A stretch of 63,068 nt of DNA, filler included, from Licmophora abbreviata (lineage: Eukaryota): assembly GCA_900291995.1 (NCBI GenBank). It is 11 parts of 11 records of this genome, joined end to end, with 100 filler letters (N's around TTAATTAATTAA, not from the genome) between each part and the next. Parts side by side here need not be neighbours in the genome. Positions count along the whole stretch, not along the records: positions 19,122 to 25,855 come from OLMU01001276.1; positions 25,956 to 31,807 come from OLMU01001277.1; positions 31,908 to 33,388 come from OLMU01001279.1; positions 33,489 to 39,013 come from OLMU01001280.1; 7 more parts are not named here. One strand, written 5' to 3'. Shown here in pieces: positions 23,237 to 34,657 of the stretch. The translations under genes were made by a program, and so were the position numbers. Within the stretch, counting starts at the first letter, position 1; the number at the start of each line of letters is the position of its first letter. The notes below the pieces were generated by a model that was given only the letters and a program-made list of their open reading frames with translations, was not told the origin of the DNA and searched no databases.

Positions 23237-25495
23237 ATGCGCGGTCGAGACATTGTCGCCGTGCTCTTGGCCGTCGTACTGACGCGCATGGCGTGGACAA
23301 GAGACCAAGACACGTCCGATGCCCTATCAGCTTCTCTGCGCTTGGCGTTCTACACTCCGGGGAGACTGTCGGCGGCGCTCGATGTAGACGGCGATGGCGA
23401 TTCTGAAGCGCTCGTAGTGGCTTCCTATAACCAACCGGACGATCAGTGGATACTGCAGGTACAGGACCTCACACCGATGCACCATCCGTCCTTCAAAAGT
23501 GCCGGTGCTCCGTTTGTACCCAGTGTGCTGGTCTCTTCCACACAGCTACACGAATCGGCCGGTCTGAATTCCAAGACTCCTCTCGCTCCCTTGCAAATGA
23601 AAACCGGTCAGCTGCTACTTCACCATCACAGACGAATCGCTTCCAAACGCAAATTTGTCGCTTCCGACGATCGGACCCGACACTACTTCTGCGGTCTGGA
23701 CTGGCACGATGCCGCCCAGCGATGCAATCATGCGTGTCCCGGTGGCGATTCAACATCCTGTCCCGAGGGTGAAACGTGCTACGCTGATACACCGTGTGAC
23801 TCCCAAGAGCAATACAATGATCAAGACGGGGATGATGTCGACCTGCAGAAAATGTTTTCCACCTCGACACCGCTTGGTGGACTGCCAAGTGTGGCAACGC
23901 TGTGGTCGGATGGGGGGATTACGCTACATGCGCTCACGTCGCAACAGGACGATCCCAAGCAGCTGGAGCTCAAGTTTCTGTGGGGTCATGTGTTGCCACC
24001 ATCCAGTGAAAGTGTCATTGACGACGCGCACGTAACGTTTGTAGGGGCACAGGATGTCATGGTTCACGACAAGTCGAATTTGGGACGCCACGGAATGATT
24101 CTAGTGGGTAGCAAGAAAATCGACAAGCTTGGCGATGATGGTGCGACAGTCTTATATGCTTTTGATGCGCTGACAGGTGCCCGCATGTGGGATACTTCCC
24201 CAGAATCAGAGGAACTGGACAACAACAATAGCACGAGTGCTCCCAATGTGAACGAATTCATCCTTCCTTTTGAACGCGGTGCCTCGTCGGGAGCTCGTCG
24301 TCGTTCAAATATTGTGGCGATGCGAGGCAGTTCCAGCGACAGTGAAAAATTGCCCAATTGCATGTTGGCTTTCCGGAATTTCCTCTTGTCGTCCTCGAAA
24401 CAGGGAGGACTGCCATTTACTTTTTGGGGACCACAGGATGCCAAGGCACTGTTATTGCACTTTGATCGGAACGCCCAGTATCCACATCATCATCATCGTG
24501 TGGCCAAGAAACACGAACAGGCCAAAGTCAAGGCGACGAGCAAGCAGAAAAACAGCAAGCAGCAGCGTCATTCTCACCAGCCTGTCTATGGTCGACCGAA
24601 CGTTGTGCTGACGCACTCGCCAGGCGGACTTCACATTCGGTCTCTCAGAAATGGACGTGCACTTTGTCACCTGTCTTTGCTGGATAAGGTATTGTATGCC
24701 GACCTGGATAGAGACGGATCGTTAGATAGTGTTCACGTCATTACAGATCACATTCAAGACGTTTCGCAACATGACAATGAATGGATCTCGGACCTAGCGC
24801 GCCAAGTGGAAAGTGATGAGGAACGACATACACATCGTCCTCGCCGATTGATTCGTACCAATCGTCTCTGTCACGTGCTGGGTCTGTCTGGGACGCCTGC
24901 AAAGGAAGAAATGTTCGCTGCCAACCTTTGTGGCGGAGGGGCCTTTGCCAAGGAACGAGGTGACCATGCGTCGATTGCGTTGGAGCCTGCACCACCTTTG
25001 GTGGTGGATGATACCGACGTCGTTGTAGCACTCAACAATGGCATGGTTCGTCGCTATCATGCCCCGACGGGTCGAAATCAGTGGTGGCGCAACCTGGAAG
25101 CTACGAAAGACTTTCCTAGATGGCTCGCCAACTCAACGGCAGCGTACCTGACGTCGCTCGATGTGGCCAGCTCCGCACCACGACCGATTCTCATGACAGG
25201 AGGCAACAGCATGATGTTGCTGTCTCCTGGACGAGGCAAGGTCATGGCGCATGCGGTGTTTCCGCAATCGTCCATTGCAAGACCCTACCTGGCGGATGTC
25301 TCTGGCGATGGGACGGCAGATGTCATGATTCAGAGCGCGGATGCGGTATTTGGATATCAAGTGGTTGTACATGCCGGGTCTTCGATATTATTCCGAGTTC
25401 TGGTGGGATTGTTACTCATGGGTATGGCGCTAGCGCTGCTGCGAAATCGATTCGCGCAACGCAATGGTGTCGACAAGCGTAGTACGGATGCATGA
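23237..25495 (+). CDS. FG-GAP repeat type I membrane protein (NERD1-like) with inserted Cys-rich module
   Basis: Signal peptide; Ca-binding loops DVDGDGDSE, DLDRDGSLD, DVSGDGTAD; PNVVLTH..GLHIRSLRNGRALCHLSL block; C-terminal TM helix. Confidence 0.8.
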   Translation: MRGRDIVAVLLAVVLTRMAWTRDQDTSDALSASLRLAFYTPGRLSAALDVDGDGDSEALVVASYNQPDDQWILQVQDLTPMHHPSFKSAGAPFVPSVLVSSTQLHESAGLNSKTPLAPLQMKTGQLLLHHHRRIASKRKFVASDDRTRHYFCGLDWHDAAQRCNHACPGGDSTSCPEGETCYADTPCDSQEQYNDQDGDDVDLQKMFSTSTPLGGLPSVATLWSDGGITLHALTSQQDDPKQLELKFLWGHVLPPSSESVIDDAHVTFVGAQDVMVHDKSNLGRHGMILVGSKKIDKLGDDGATVLYAFDALTGARMWDTSPESEELDNNNSTSAPNVNEFILPFERGASSGARRRSNIVAMRGSSSDSEKLPNCMLAFRNFLLSSSKQGGLPFTFWGPQDAKALLLHFDRNAQYPHHHHRVAKKHEQAKVKATSKQKNSKQQRHSHQPVYGRPNVVLTHSPGGLHIRSLRNGRALCHLSLLDKVLYADLDRDGSLDSVHVITDHIQDVSQHDNEWISDLARQVESDEERHTHRPRRLIRTNRLCHVLGLSGTPAKEEMFAANLCGGGAFAKERGDHASIALEPAPPLVVDDTDVVVALNNGMVRRYHAPTGRNQWWRNLEATKDFPRWLANSTAAYLTSLDVASSAPRPILMTGGNSMMLLSPGRGKVMAHAVFPQSSIARPYLADVSGDGTADVMIQSADAVFGYQVVVHAGSSILFRVLVGLLLMGMALALLRNRFAQRNGVDKRSTDA

Positions 25496-25549
25496 CGGTG
25501 GCAATACCAGTGAGATAGTGCTAATGTTATTTTCTCTTTATGGCATCAA

Positions 25550-27245
25550 TTACAAGCTTTTAGAGCTAGATTCTGATTGTTGTTGCTTGGATGCTTTTTC
25601 GCTCGGCTTTTGGAAAAACTCGTGCTTGAGGGCCTCCTTGAGCGATATGCGTCGTGTAGGATCCAGAGCGAAACACTTCTTCGATAGATCCGACAACTGC
25701 AGTACTTGCACCCGCGAGTCTGAGCTCGATTTTGCTTTGAGCAACAGGGACTGTAGCGGTTTGGTCGGGAACTGTTGCAGCGACACATGCTTCTGAATGG
25801 CCTTGCCCGTTACTGGATCTGTCGCTTGCTGGAGAAAGTGCTGTTCGGAAAAGTGNNNNNNNNNNNNNNNNNNNNNNNNNNNNNNNNNNNNNNNNNNNNT
25901 TAATTAATTAANNNNNNNNNNNNNNNNNNNNNNNNNNNNNNNNNNNNNNNNNNNNTTGCGGCAGAGGATATGTTCGGCATGCTAGCGTGTGATGCTTGAT
26001 TTGCTTCAATGGAAGTGGTCCCAGTATTTGCATGATCTTGAGCAACATGTCATTGTTCGAAGTCCCATTGAACAAGACATTTCCTAGGAATAACTCGGCA
26101 ACGGTTGCTGCAACACTCCACAGGTCCATTGTATATGCTGGTGTATGACCCAAAATGATTTCGGGGGCGCGATAGAAGCGACTGACGAGATAGGGCGTTG
26201 GAATGGCGTTTCCAGAATCCCGTATATCCATGGCACTTCCAAAGTCGCAAATCTTGACCGTCGAAAAGTTATCGGTAACCAGCATGTTGTCCAGCTTAAT
26301 GTCGGCATGAACAATGGAATGTTTCTGCATGTGATGTAAGGCACTGAGGAGCTGTTCAAAGTACATGCGCACCGACACGAGACTCAACCCCACGCCCTTG
26401 CCAAACTTCTGCAAAACTGCACGTAGATTGTACGAATAAAACTCAAACACCATGACTCTATGTCCCTTGTGTTCGGCAATGGGATGTTGAGGTGTAGGAA
26501 ACATCATGGAAACAATGTGCGGATGTGGGTGTTTTTGAAAGGTCTGTAAAATCTCAATCTCAGTCTGCGCAGCCTTGGCCATGGTCTCGTTGCTTCGAAC
26601 ACACTTGATGGCGACAGTGTGCTGTGATGTTTCAATATCCGAACATTTCAATACCGTTGAAAAGACACCTTTCCCGACCGTTCCAAGAACCTTGTAGGAG
26701 GCATAACCCAACGACACAACTTCGCCCATGACAGCCTTGTAGTAGCCCTCGGCATCGTCATAGTCGAGCTCATGTTGAGCCGTGGTCGCGGAGGGTGCCG
26801 TCGTTCCTGTCACGATGGGTGACACGGAGGACGAAAACATGTCAAAATTGTCTTGTTCATCCTCCCTCTTGGCTGGATCTTCTTGAGGTTCCACGAAAGG
26901 TGCTACTTCCTTCTCCTCCTCCGGCTCTTGCCGCTGTGGTTTTGTGCTAGTAGGTTCTGGCATTGAAATCATGTTGTCGTCCTCCTCCTCTTCGATATTT
27001 AACGTCTTCCAACGCTGTCTTCGTTTCACTCTTCGCTTTTCTTCTGCTTCTTCGTCCCCGTTTCCTTCCATCATGGAAAGCATCAACAGCGAGTCGGCAT
27101 CTTCGTCGTCATCCATCATCACTACTGCTTCATTGCTGATGCCACGGACCATGTGTTCTTCTCCATTGTCATCATGAGTTTCCTGCTCGCCGGTTGTCCG
27201 ACGACGTTTTGTCGGGGCAGGCTGTGTCGATGGACTGCTCTTCAT
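25550..27245 (-). CDS. PRPF4B: Ser/Thr kinase PRP4 (spans gap)
   Basis: DDAEGYY, GKGVFSTV, VAIK, HADIKLDN, CDFGSA, TPYLVSRFYRAPEIILG; C-lobe CFALDPTRRIS lies beyond the gap. Confidence 0.92.
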
Positions 27246-27735
27246 TGCGATAGCATGCCTCTGTTTTGTTGTGGTGTGTGCCCATTCGGCCGTTCACTCT
27301 TCACCCTCTCTGTAGCCGCTCTGCCGCTCACTGCCATTGGTGTGGCCGTTATTGGCAGAGACAAAATCCTCTTACTAGGAACGTCTGTCAGACGGTACGA
27401 ATTTCCAAAGAAACCTTATTCAAACTGGTTCAAATGTGGTGGATCACCACTCCATAAAACGTATTCCAACGTATGATCAATAACTCGAGGACTGGATGGC
27501 AGCCACAGCATCAGTCGGCCACCCAACCGTTCTTACGGACATGGAGTAAATGGTAAGGTATCCCTCAGCAATGCCAATACCGGTACCGGTACCCCAGGGT
27601 TAGTCCTGTGGAACGAAGCATACCTAGTACTCTACAGTCTTGGCAATGTAGTGTCAAATATACTCCCGCGTTTTATGAGAGAATCTACTTTTACTCTCTA
27701 GAGCCTAGCTACGGCACACCTACATGCTCCGAAGT

Positions 27736-30700
27736 TTATGTTGCGTTCTGGTCTCCAGCAGCTTCGAGCGGTCTGGCGAGAGGCTCTTGCGCCGGAGGCT
27801 TACAATCCTGGTCCCTAGCTTCGGCGGCCGATTTGGCCTCATGTTCCTTCTTTCGAGCCTCGTCGTTCTCACGTTCCACAATCTTTACCAACAAGTCACA
27901 TCGCTTCTGGATCTCTTGTGCGTTCCTCGACTTGAAGTACCAGTTGAAGCGAAACTGCCATACGCGCCTTATTTCGAGACGGATGCGCTCGGCTGCTCCG
28001 TACCCGTGACGATGCATCATGCACACGAGAAAGGCGTCCTCTTCCTCCTGATAGGATCTGCCTCGAGCGCCAGAGCCGTACGAGATTGACATTTTCGGCC
28101 AAGAATTGTTCAAAAGATCGGTAGCAGAGGGAAGACTCTTCAGGCGCTCCACTCCTTCTTTGGCATCCCAGTAGTAGGCCCCATATGTGTCTTCGAGATG
28201 GCGCTCGACTTTCTCCTGGATTGCATCACGAATCTGACGAAGACGGAGGATCTTATTCTCGCCCTTTTCAATGCGACCAATCACCTTCTGCCAATCGCCG
28301 ATCCTACGATAGTGCGTCCAGAAGGCGACAAAGTAGCGCTTGACGTCCTTCTCGTCCTTACCGCACTCGTCGCTCATATCTCGAACGATACTGCCAATAT
28401 TGTAGCGTCCATGACGTTCCATACTCGTGCAAAACTGCTTGAAATCCTTCTTGCTCCAATCTGGAAACCCCTCGGCCAACAGACGAGACTTCTCGTCCTT
28501 GGTTTCGTCGGGAAGCTCGAACTTCGACAGATCCGCTTCGAGCTCTGCCAGGTTTGTGGCTATTTCCGGACGCGCACCGGGCTCCCTCGTTTTCGCACGC
28601 AGCTCCTTTATGAGATTGAGCTGTTCTTCCTTCTTTGAGCCCATGGCTCGCTCCATTTCTGTGATGAGTTCAAGACGCTCTTTGTCAAACAGCTGAAAGT
28701 CGTGCAACGCGGGACCTTTGCGACGCTTTTTCTGGGCGGCATCAGCGGCATGGGCCTTCATTCCACTTGAGCCTCCCACGTTCATAGCATCGCGATAGTA
28801 TTCATTCACATCATAGTTCCGTTTGCGTTCGCGCTGGGGAAGGTTAATAAAGTTCCCAGTGGACGACTTGTCCGATTCCCGGTAGTTCTTGCCGCCAAAG
28901 TCAAAAGTATCGTGCTGTGTTTCGTCCTCTCCGAGCAATGAAAAGTTTGCCAGGCTGTGCTGGGCATCCGTCTTTAGTTTGGCTTGCATGGCTGACGTCT
29001 TCTCTTCTCCCTTGGCGATGAGAGCGTCAATATCTTCGTCCGTGTATGTTCCTTCCTTGCCACTGAGGATCTGATCTGCTCCAAAGCGAACCATCTTCAT
29101 GAGCTCGCCTTTTTCGAGAGCATTGTGCTTTTCTGCCAACCGCCCCTGCTGAATCACTGCTGCGTCCAAGAAGAGCTTTCTGTCGGCACGTTCAATGATC
29201 TTCTCTTCGACGGTCCCTTCCGAGATGAAGCGAAAAACGTGGACCGGCTTTTTCTGATGGAGCAGCGGTGTGCAAAGATCACGACGGTTAGCATCCAATG
29301 GTGACAGACTAGGTAAGGTATCGAACGCACATACATACCTGACCAATTCTGTGCGCTCTGTCGACGGGGGAGTGTAGGAACGAAGAGTGAGTTCGTCTCA
29401 CGGACGAGACAAATGTCACACAACGCAAGCCTTATCCTTACCTGTCCATGGCCTGCAGGTCCACTTGAGGGTTCCAGTCAGAATCGAAGAGCACGACGAT
29501 ATCGGCGGTGGCCTGAGGAAAGGGAATTATTCCAGTCAGCAAGCGGAGGGAGAAGGAGAAAGTTTTGCAATGACAGCATCCGCCACCTGTGAAACGTACC
29601 AGATTGATTCCAAGACCGCCAGCCCTCGTCGAGAGGAGGAAGCAAAATTTGCTCGAGCCCTCCTCGTTGAACTCATCCATCTGGGAATCGCGCTTCTCTC
29701 CGTCGGTATTTCCATCGATTCGGCAATACTCATGGCCAATCAACCGACAGTAGTCCTCAAGAATATCCAATACACGAGTCATCTGGCTGAAAATGAGGAC
29801 ACGAGAGCCATTGGTCTTCAGTTTGGTGAGAAGTTTGTGCAAGAGCATCATCTTGCCACTGTTTTCCCATAAGTGGGGGCCGTCCGTGTAGGGAGGCCCC
29901 GCCTCGGCACCATCAAACAGATAGGGATGATTGCAGACCTTGCGCAACTGCATGAGAATGTTGAGTAGTCGTACGCGATCCGGCCCGCCAAGGCTGTTGA
30001 GCTCGTGAGCGTCCTTTCGGAGGACTCGCGTGTACCATTCCTGCTGCATTGGAGTCAGCCCAATGTAAAGCTTAGTCTCCTTCTTTGGTGGCAGCGTGTG
30101 AGCGACTTCCGCTTTGACACGACGAATCATGAATGGCTTCAGCACCGTGTGAAGCTTCTTGATGACATTTTCCTGTCCCTGGCCGTCTGAGAGACTAAAC
30201 CACTCATCAAATTGCTCGGCATCGCCGAATATGTCTGGCAAGAGAAAGTTTAAGAGCGCCCAGAGTTCATGGAGATTGTTCTAGAACGCGGAGAGCCGGG
30301 CGACGTGAGTTTCTGCAACGACGGTCTGCTTTGTGACTGAAACTTGAATAAGTACGTCTCACCTGCAACGGCGTCCCCGTGATCAGGACACGAAACTGTG
30401 TGTTAACCTTCCGAACGGCCTTGCTTAGCGAGGAACTCTCATTCTTGATGCGATGGGCCTTTGGTCGAAAAGCATGACAAAGCCAGAGACCTTAGCAATT
30501 GCACAGTATTCGCAGCGTCGACAAACGTCACAGAAGGGTTACTTACCTCATCAATGATTAAATACTTCCAAGAAATCCTGCCAAGTCTTCCCTTTTCCTT
30601 CAGAAGCCCCTCATACGACGTAACCAAGACGTCAAATCGATGCTTTCCAGTCTTGGGGTCGAGGGGAAGCTCGTCCGCGACAAACTTCAATCGCTCGTCT

Positions 30701-31802
30701 CTCGTCCCTCCCATGCGAACGGCGCGAATAACAGGGCACCACTTTTTGAACTCGCGAATCCAATTTCCAACAACGCTCTTCGGAACAATGACGAGATGAG
30801 GCCCCTTGACACCGCGGCTCTCCCGAAGGTACGCGAGAAGCGAGATCGTTTGCAACGTCTTCCCAAGTCCCTGCCGATCGGACGAATCGAGAAAATTAGA
30901 ACGGAAGACACTTCTACGAAAGAGACGAACGATGTATCACAAATCAGGCGTCAGCTTACCATCTCATCTGCGAGAATGCCATTAATACCATGGTCGTGCA
31001 GCTTGATAAGCCAGTTGAGTCCCTCGAGCTGGTAGGGATGCATTTTGCAGTGAGGAGCCAGGTTCGAAGGCTGCTTGTCGAGACGAACAGTGCGACGCTT
31101 GGATTGTGCCGACTTCATGAGCTGTGCGTCTTCCTCTGACTCCGTCATACGCCCCTTCTTACCACGCGACGCTTTTTTGCCTTTTTTACCTCCGGCGGCA
31201 ACCGAGCCAGCCAGGAAATGGGCAAAGACGTCCGACTGTGCGAGTATGTACTTGAGTCGATCTTGAGTCGACGCTTGTGAGTGTTCCTTCGAGATCTTCG
31301 CTTGCTCAACTGCCATGAGCTCGAGACGTTCCTTGCGGGCTTCTTCTAGTTCTTGTACCTCTTCCCGGGCCAGTTCTTGTTCCTGTTCTTCGTCCTCGTC
31401 ATTTTCGAGAGGGCCGTCCATGTCCTCGTCTTCTTCTCCCCCAGTTTCAGCCCCTTCGTCCTCGTCGAGGTCCATGCCTTTCGATGAGAAGGAGAATAAT
31501 TGATAGGAGAAAGGATTGCATTCAGATGTGGTGCGGGAGCGTGGCACGTTTCGAATATACTCTTCGTTCACTCGCGCTGTCCACGTCGCAGCCAGTACAC
31601 GTACGGAAAGTACATGCGAAGACACCAAAGACGCGAGAGCTCGATCCGCATGTTGTCTGCAGGCTGGAAGCGTCAAAGTTACATCATCTTGCTCATTTCC
31701 AGGGTACGTACCTTCAATCTCGACATCCGAGGAGGAGTCTTTCTCCTCAGTATCGGCAGCAGATGCTGCCTTGCTCGGGGTTTCCGCGTCGTCGTCCGCC
31801 AT
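27736..31802 (-). CDS. ISWI: ISWI chromatin-remodelling ATPase, 7 introns
   Basis: [76 protein letters not shown]-terminus ([10 protein letters not shown]). Confidence 0.95.
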
Positions 31803-32317
31803 GGTCCNNNNNNNNNNNNNNNNNNNNNNNNNNNNNNNNNNNNNNNNNNNNTTAATTAATTAANNNNNNNNNNNNNNNNNNNNNNNNNNNNNNNNNNNNN
31901 NNNNNNNGTCGTTTTGTCTTTTATCGAGAGGGCGCGATGATAATGGCTGACGGCTGACATCATCATCAATCTGAAATCGCACGAAGGGAGTGAGTCAGAT
32001 CGGTTGACGCTCAGGCCGTCAGACGTTTATCATAAGTGAGTTGAGTTCGAGTGAGTCGAGTGAGTCGATTTTTCACAGCGATCCGGCATGAGGATCGCAC
32101 AGAGCGAACACCAAAAGCTAGGCGGGAAAAGGAGTGGAAGATGGATGGAGACTTGAATCAAGAGTGATGGATGACGAATCAATCAAGTCGATCATGCATA
32201 CCCTATCGCATCTATCATATAGGTAGCGCCAGCAAACGAGACAAAAGTCCGGTAGCTCACTCAGGGGCTATATCATAACCATTATATGCTGCGCACCAGA
32301 GACATCATTCTGCAAGC

Positions 32318-34359
32318 TTACCGACGACGTTTCTGAAGAATGACAGCCAAACCAGCGGTGGCGCCCACCAAGACGACCCCTGAAAGCCCCCATAGTACTC
32401 GTGCGTGACGTTTGCGCCCATCCAAACACAAGTCTTGGGCAATCATCTTGGCACAGATCGGATGGTAGAAGTCCTTGTGTTGCAAGAACGTGTCGATTGC
32501 CAGGGTCCTGCCCATGGACGAGTGATACAAAGACCGGTAAAGGGGGCGGACAAACTTCATGCGCCCCTGGGTTGTGATGAACGCCTCCACGATGGGCAAG
32601 ATGCTGGCGTCCTCTGCTGCCACTGCAAGTTCGCAGTAGCGAAAGAGAATCTCCGAGTTTCCACTGTCGGCCATCTCGTATTGGCTATTCATGGCACGGA
32701 CAGTCGAGACCTTAAGAGGCTGCTCGGCCGTCAGCTGAAGGGTTAGGTCGAGGAAGCAGGTAATTTGATTTGACTGCCAATTCTTCAAATCGACGGAAGG
32801 CAACATCCGGCCGTTTCGATCGACAGAAATCCACACCTTCGCTAGATTTTCAGATGATTCTACCATAGAGCGATCAAAATTTGGAGTCTCCGGGGGCATG
32901 CCTGGCTCATGATACCAGGCATCCCAGTCAACATCTTCAATGTCATCTTTGCGTCCAGAAAAGTGGCTCTCGAAAAAATCGTGAAACTCATCCGATGTGA
33001 TCGTCCTGGAGGCAAACTCTTTCACGTAGGCTTGGAAGAAGCTTTCAAACGCCTTGCTGCCTACGCGTTTCTCCAAGGCATGGAGCAGATTGAATCCCTT
33101 TTCGTATGGAACACTCGAAAAGCACTCATCCGGATCGCAGTCTCCCAACACGGGCACCAGCCGTGTAAAGTGGTCCGGCTGCAGCGCCACAGAATCCGTC
33201 AGATGCTTGTATCCGCCCACAGCATCAAAGTCTAGAAACTTGTCATTCTTCAACACCCGACACATGATTTTCCTCTGAAACCAAGTTGTCCACCCCTCAT
33301 TGAGCCAGAAGTGTTCCCAAGTGGCATTGGTGACCAAATTGCCGGTCCAAGAATGTGCGATTTCATGTGCAACGACGTCGGCCAAGCTNNNNNNNNNNNN
33401 NNNNNNNNNNNNNNNNNNNNNNNNNNNNNNNNTTAATTAATTAANNNNNNNNNNNNNNNNNNNNNNNNNNNNNNNNNNNNNNNNNNNNGATCGCCTGCCA
33501 AGAGAGTGGGGGTGACGAACGTCAAACAAGGATTCTCCATGCCTCCGTAGGGAAAGGATGGTGGTAGACACAAGAGATCATAACGACCCCAGGCATACTC
33601 CAAGCCGGCAAGTTGTTCAGCAGTTCGAAGGAAGTCTTCCGTCTGGGCAAACTCGAATGCAGCCGCCTCAATGATACTGGGCTCACTCCAGACCGCACAA
33701 CGCTCGGATATCTTACGAGATACAATGTTTCCTACGGCCATAGCAAGAAGATAGGATGAAATAGGGACAGGTTGATGAAACGAGATCGACTTGTGAACGC
33801 CATTCGTCTTGAAGCCCACTTGAATGGCTGACATGACACAGTCAGCCCAAGCTGGAACACTGACTTCTGCACGGTATGTAAATTTGACTCCCGGGCAGTC
33901 TTGACATGGGACAAGAGAGCGTGCGTGAATGGCCTGGCACTGAGTAAAAAGGTAGGGGCGCTCCTTTCCGGCCGTCTGCGACGGTTCAATCCACTGTAGT
34001 GCACTGGAGCTCCGAGTAGTGTCGTAGAGAATTGAGATTGTATCGCAGTCTTCTGGCAAAGGAATTTCAAGTCTCCGGCCCAAATGAGGCTTTTTGGGAT
34101 TGAACGGTTTCAGCATGAAGGGTGCGGGAGTACCATCTTGCAATGTCACGGCCTCAATCTGGAGGTGGTTGGTATCCAGACACAGCACGGAAGCCCCTTC
34201 AGTGATGCGGTCGATCGTGTACGTCGCTGTGGCCGAAAGTGAGCATGATTCGAACTCTACTCGGACACGCCAATCCAAATGTGTCACGACGACCTCATCC
34301 GGGTTGGAAAGAGACGAGAGATCCCGTGGAACGGACTTGGGGTCGCCGTTGTCGTGCAT
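32318..34359 (-). CDS. LTA4H: Leukotriene A4 hydrolase-like M1 aminopeptidase (spans gap)
   Basis: FTQCQAIHARS, GGMEN, HEIAH(x18)E, VPYEKG, QGRMKFVRPLY. Confidence 0.92.
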
Positions 34360-34515
34360 GGTGCGTACCAAGTCAAGACGAAAAGAGTGACGGTGGGGTG
34401 AAGGTCGATCGCGACGACGCATTGGCGAAAGTCAGTCGGGCGTTCGGAAAGAAGGCTCTCCCGTCTTCATTTCAAAAGAGCTCGAAAACGAGCTCGCGTG
34501 GAATCAACTCTTTCT

Positions 34516-34559
34516 CAAGTTGAATCAAAATTCAACTTGTGTAAAAATCTACGTAGATT
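34516..34559. promoter_or_regulatory. Inverted repeat plus 14-bp palindrome in the LTA4H/MFS divergent promoter
   Basis: CAAGTTGAAT-caaa-ATTCAACTTG followed by AATCTACGTAGATT. Confidence 0.45.
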
Positions 34560-34657
34560 CTGTACCAGGGTGAGAAGATTCCCGCAAACAAAACGCGCAA
34601 AACTGAGGCCCTGTCAAGCTGTCACGGCACATTCCTTGTGAGAAAGGATGGCTTACC

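Noticed and set aside
27577..27600. TACCGGTACCGGTACC palindromic micro-repeat
   Set aside because: Short, low-complexity, no supporting context.
31478..31711. Apparent 78-aa insertion in the ISWI N-terminus, and a 29-aa one after GINL
   Set aside because: Both are bounded by GT..AG and are best read as in-frame stop-free introns.
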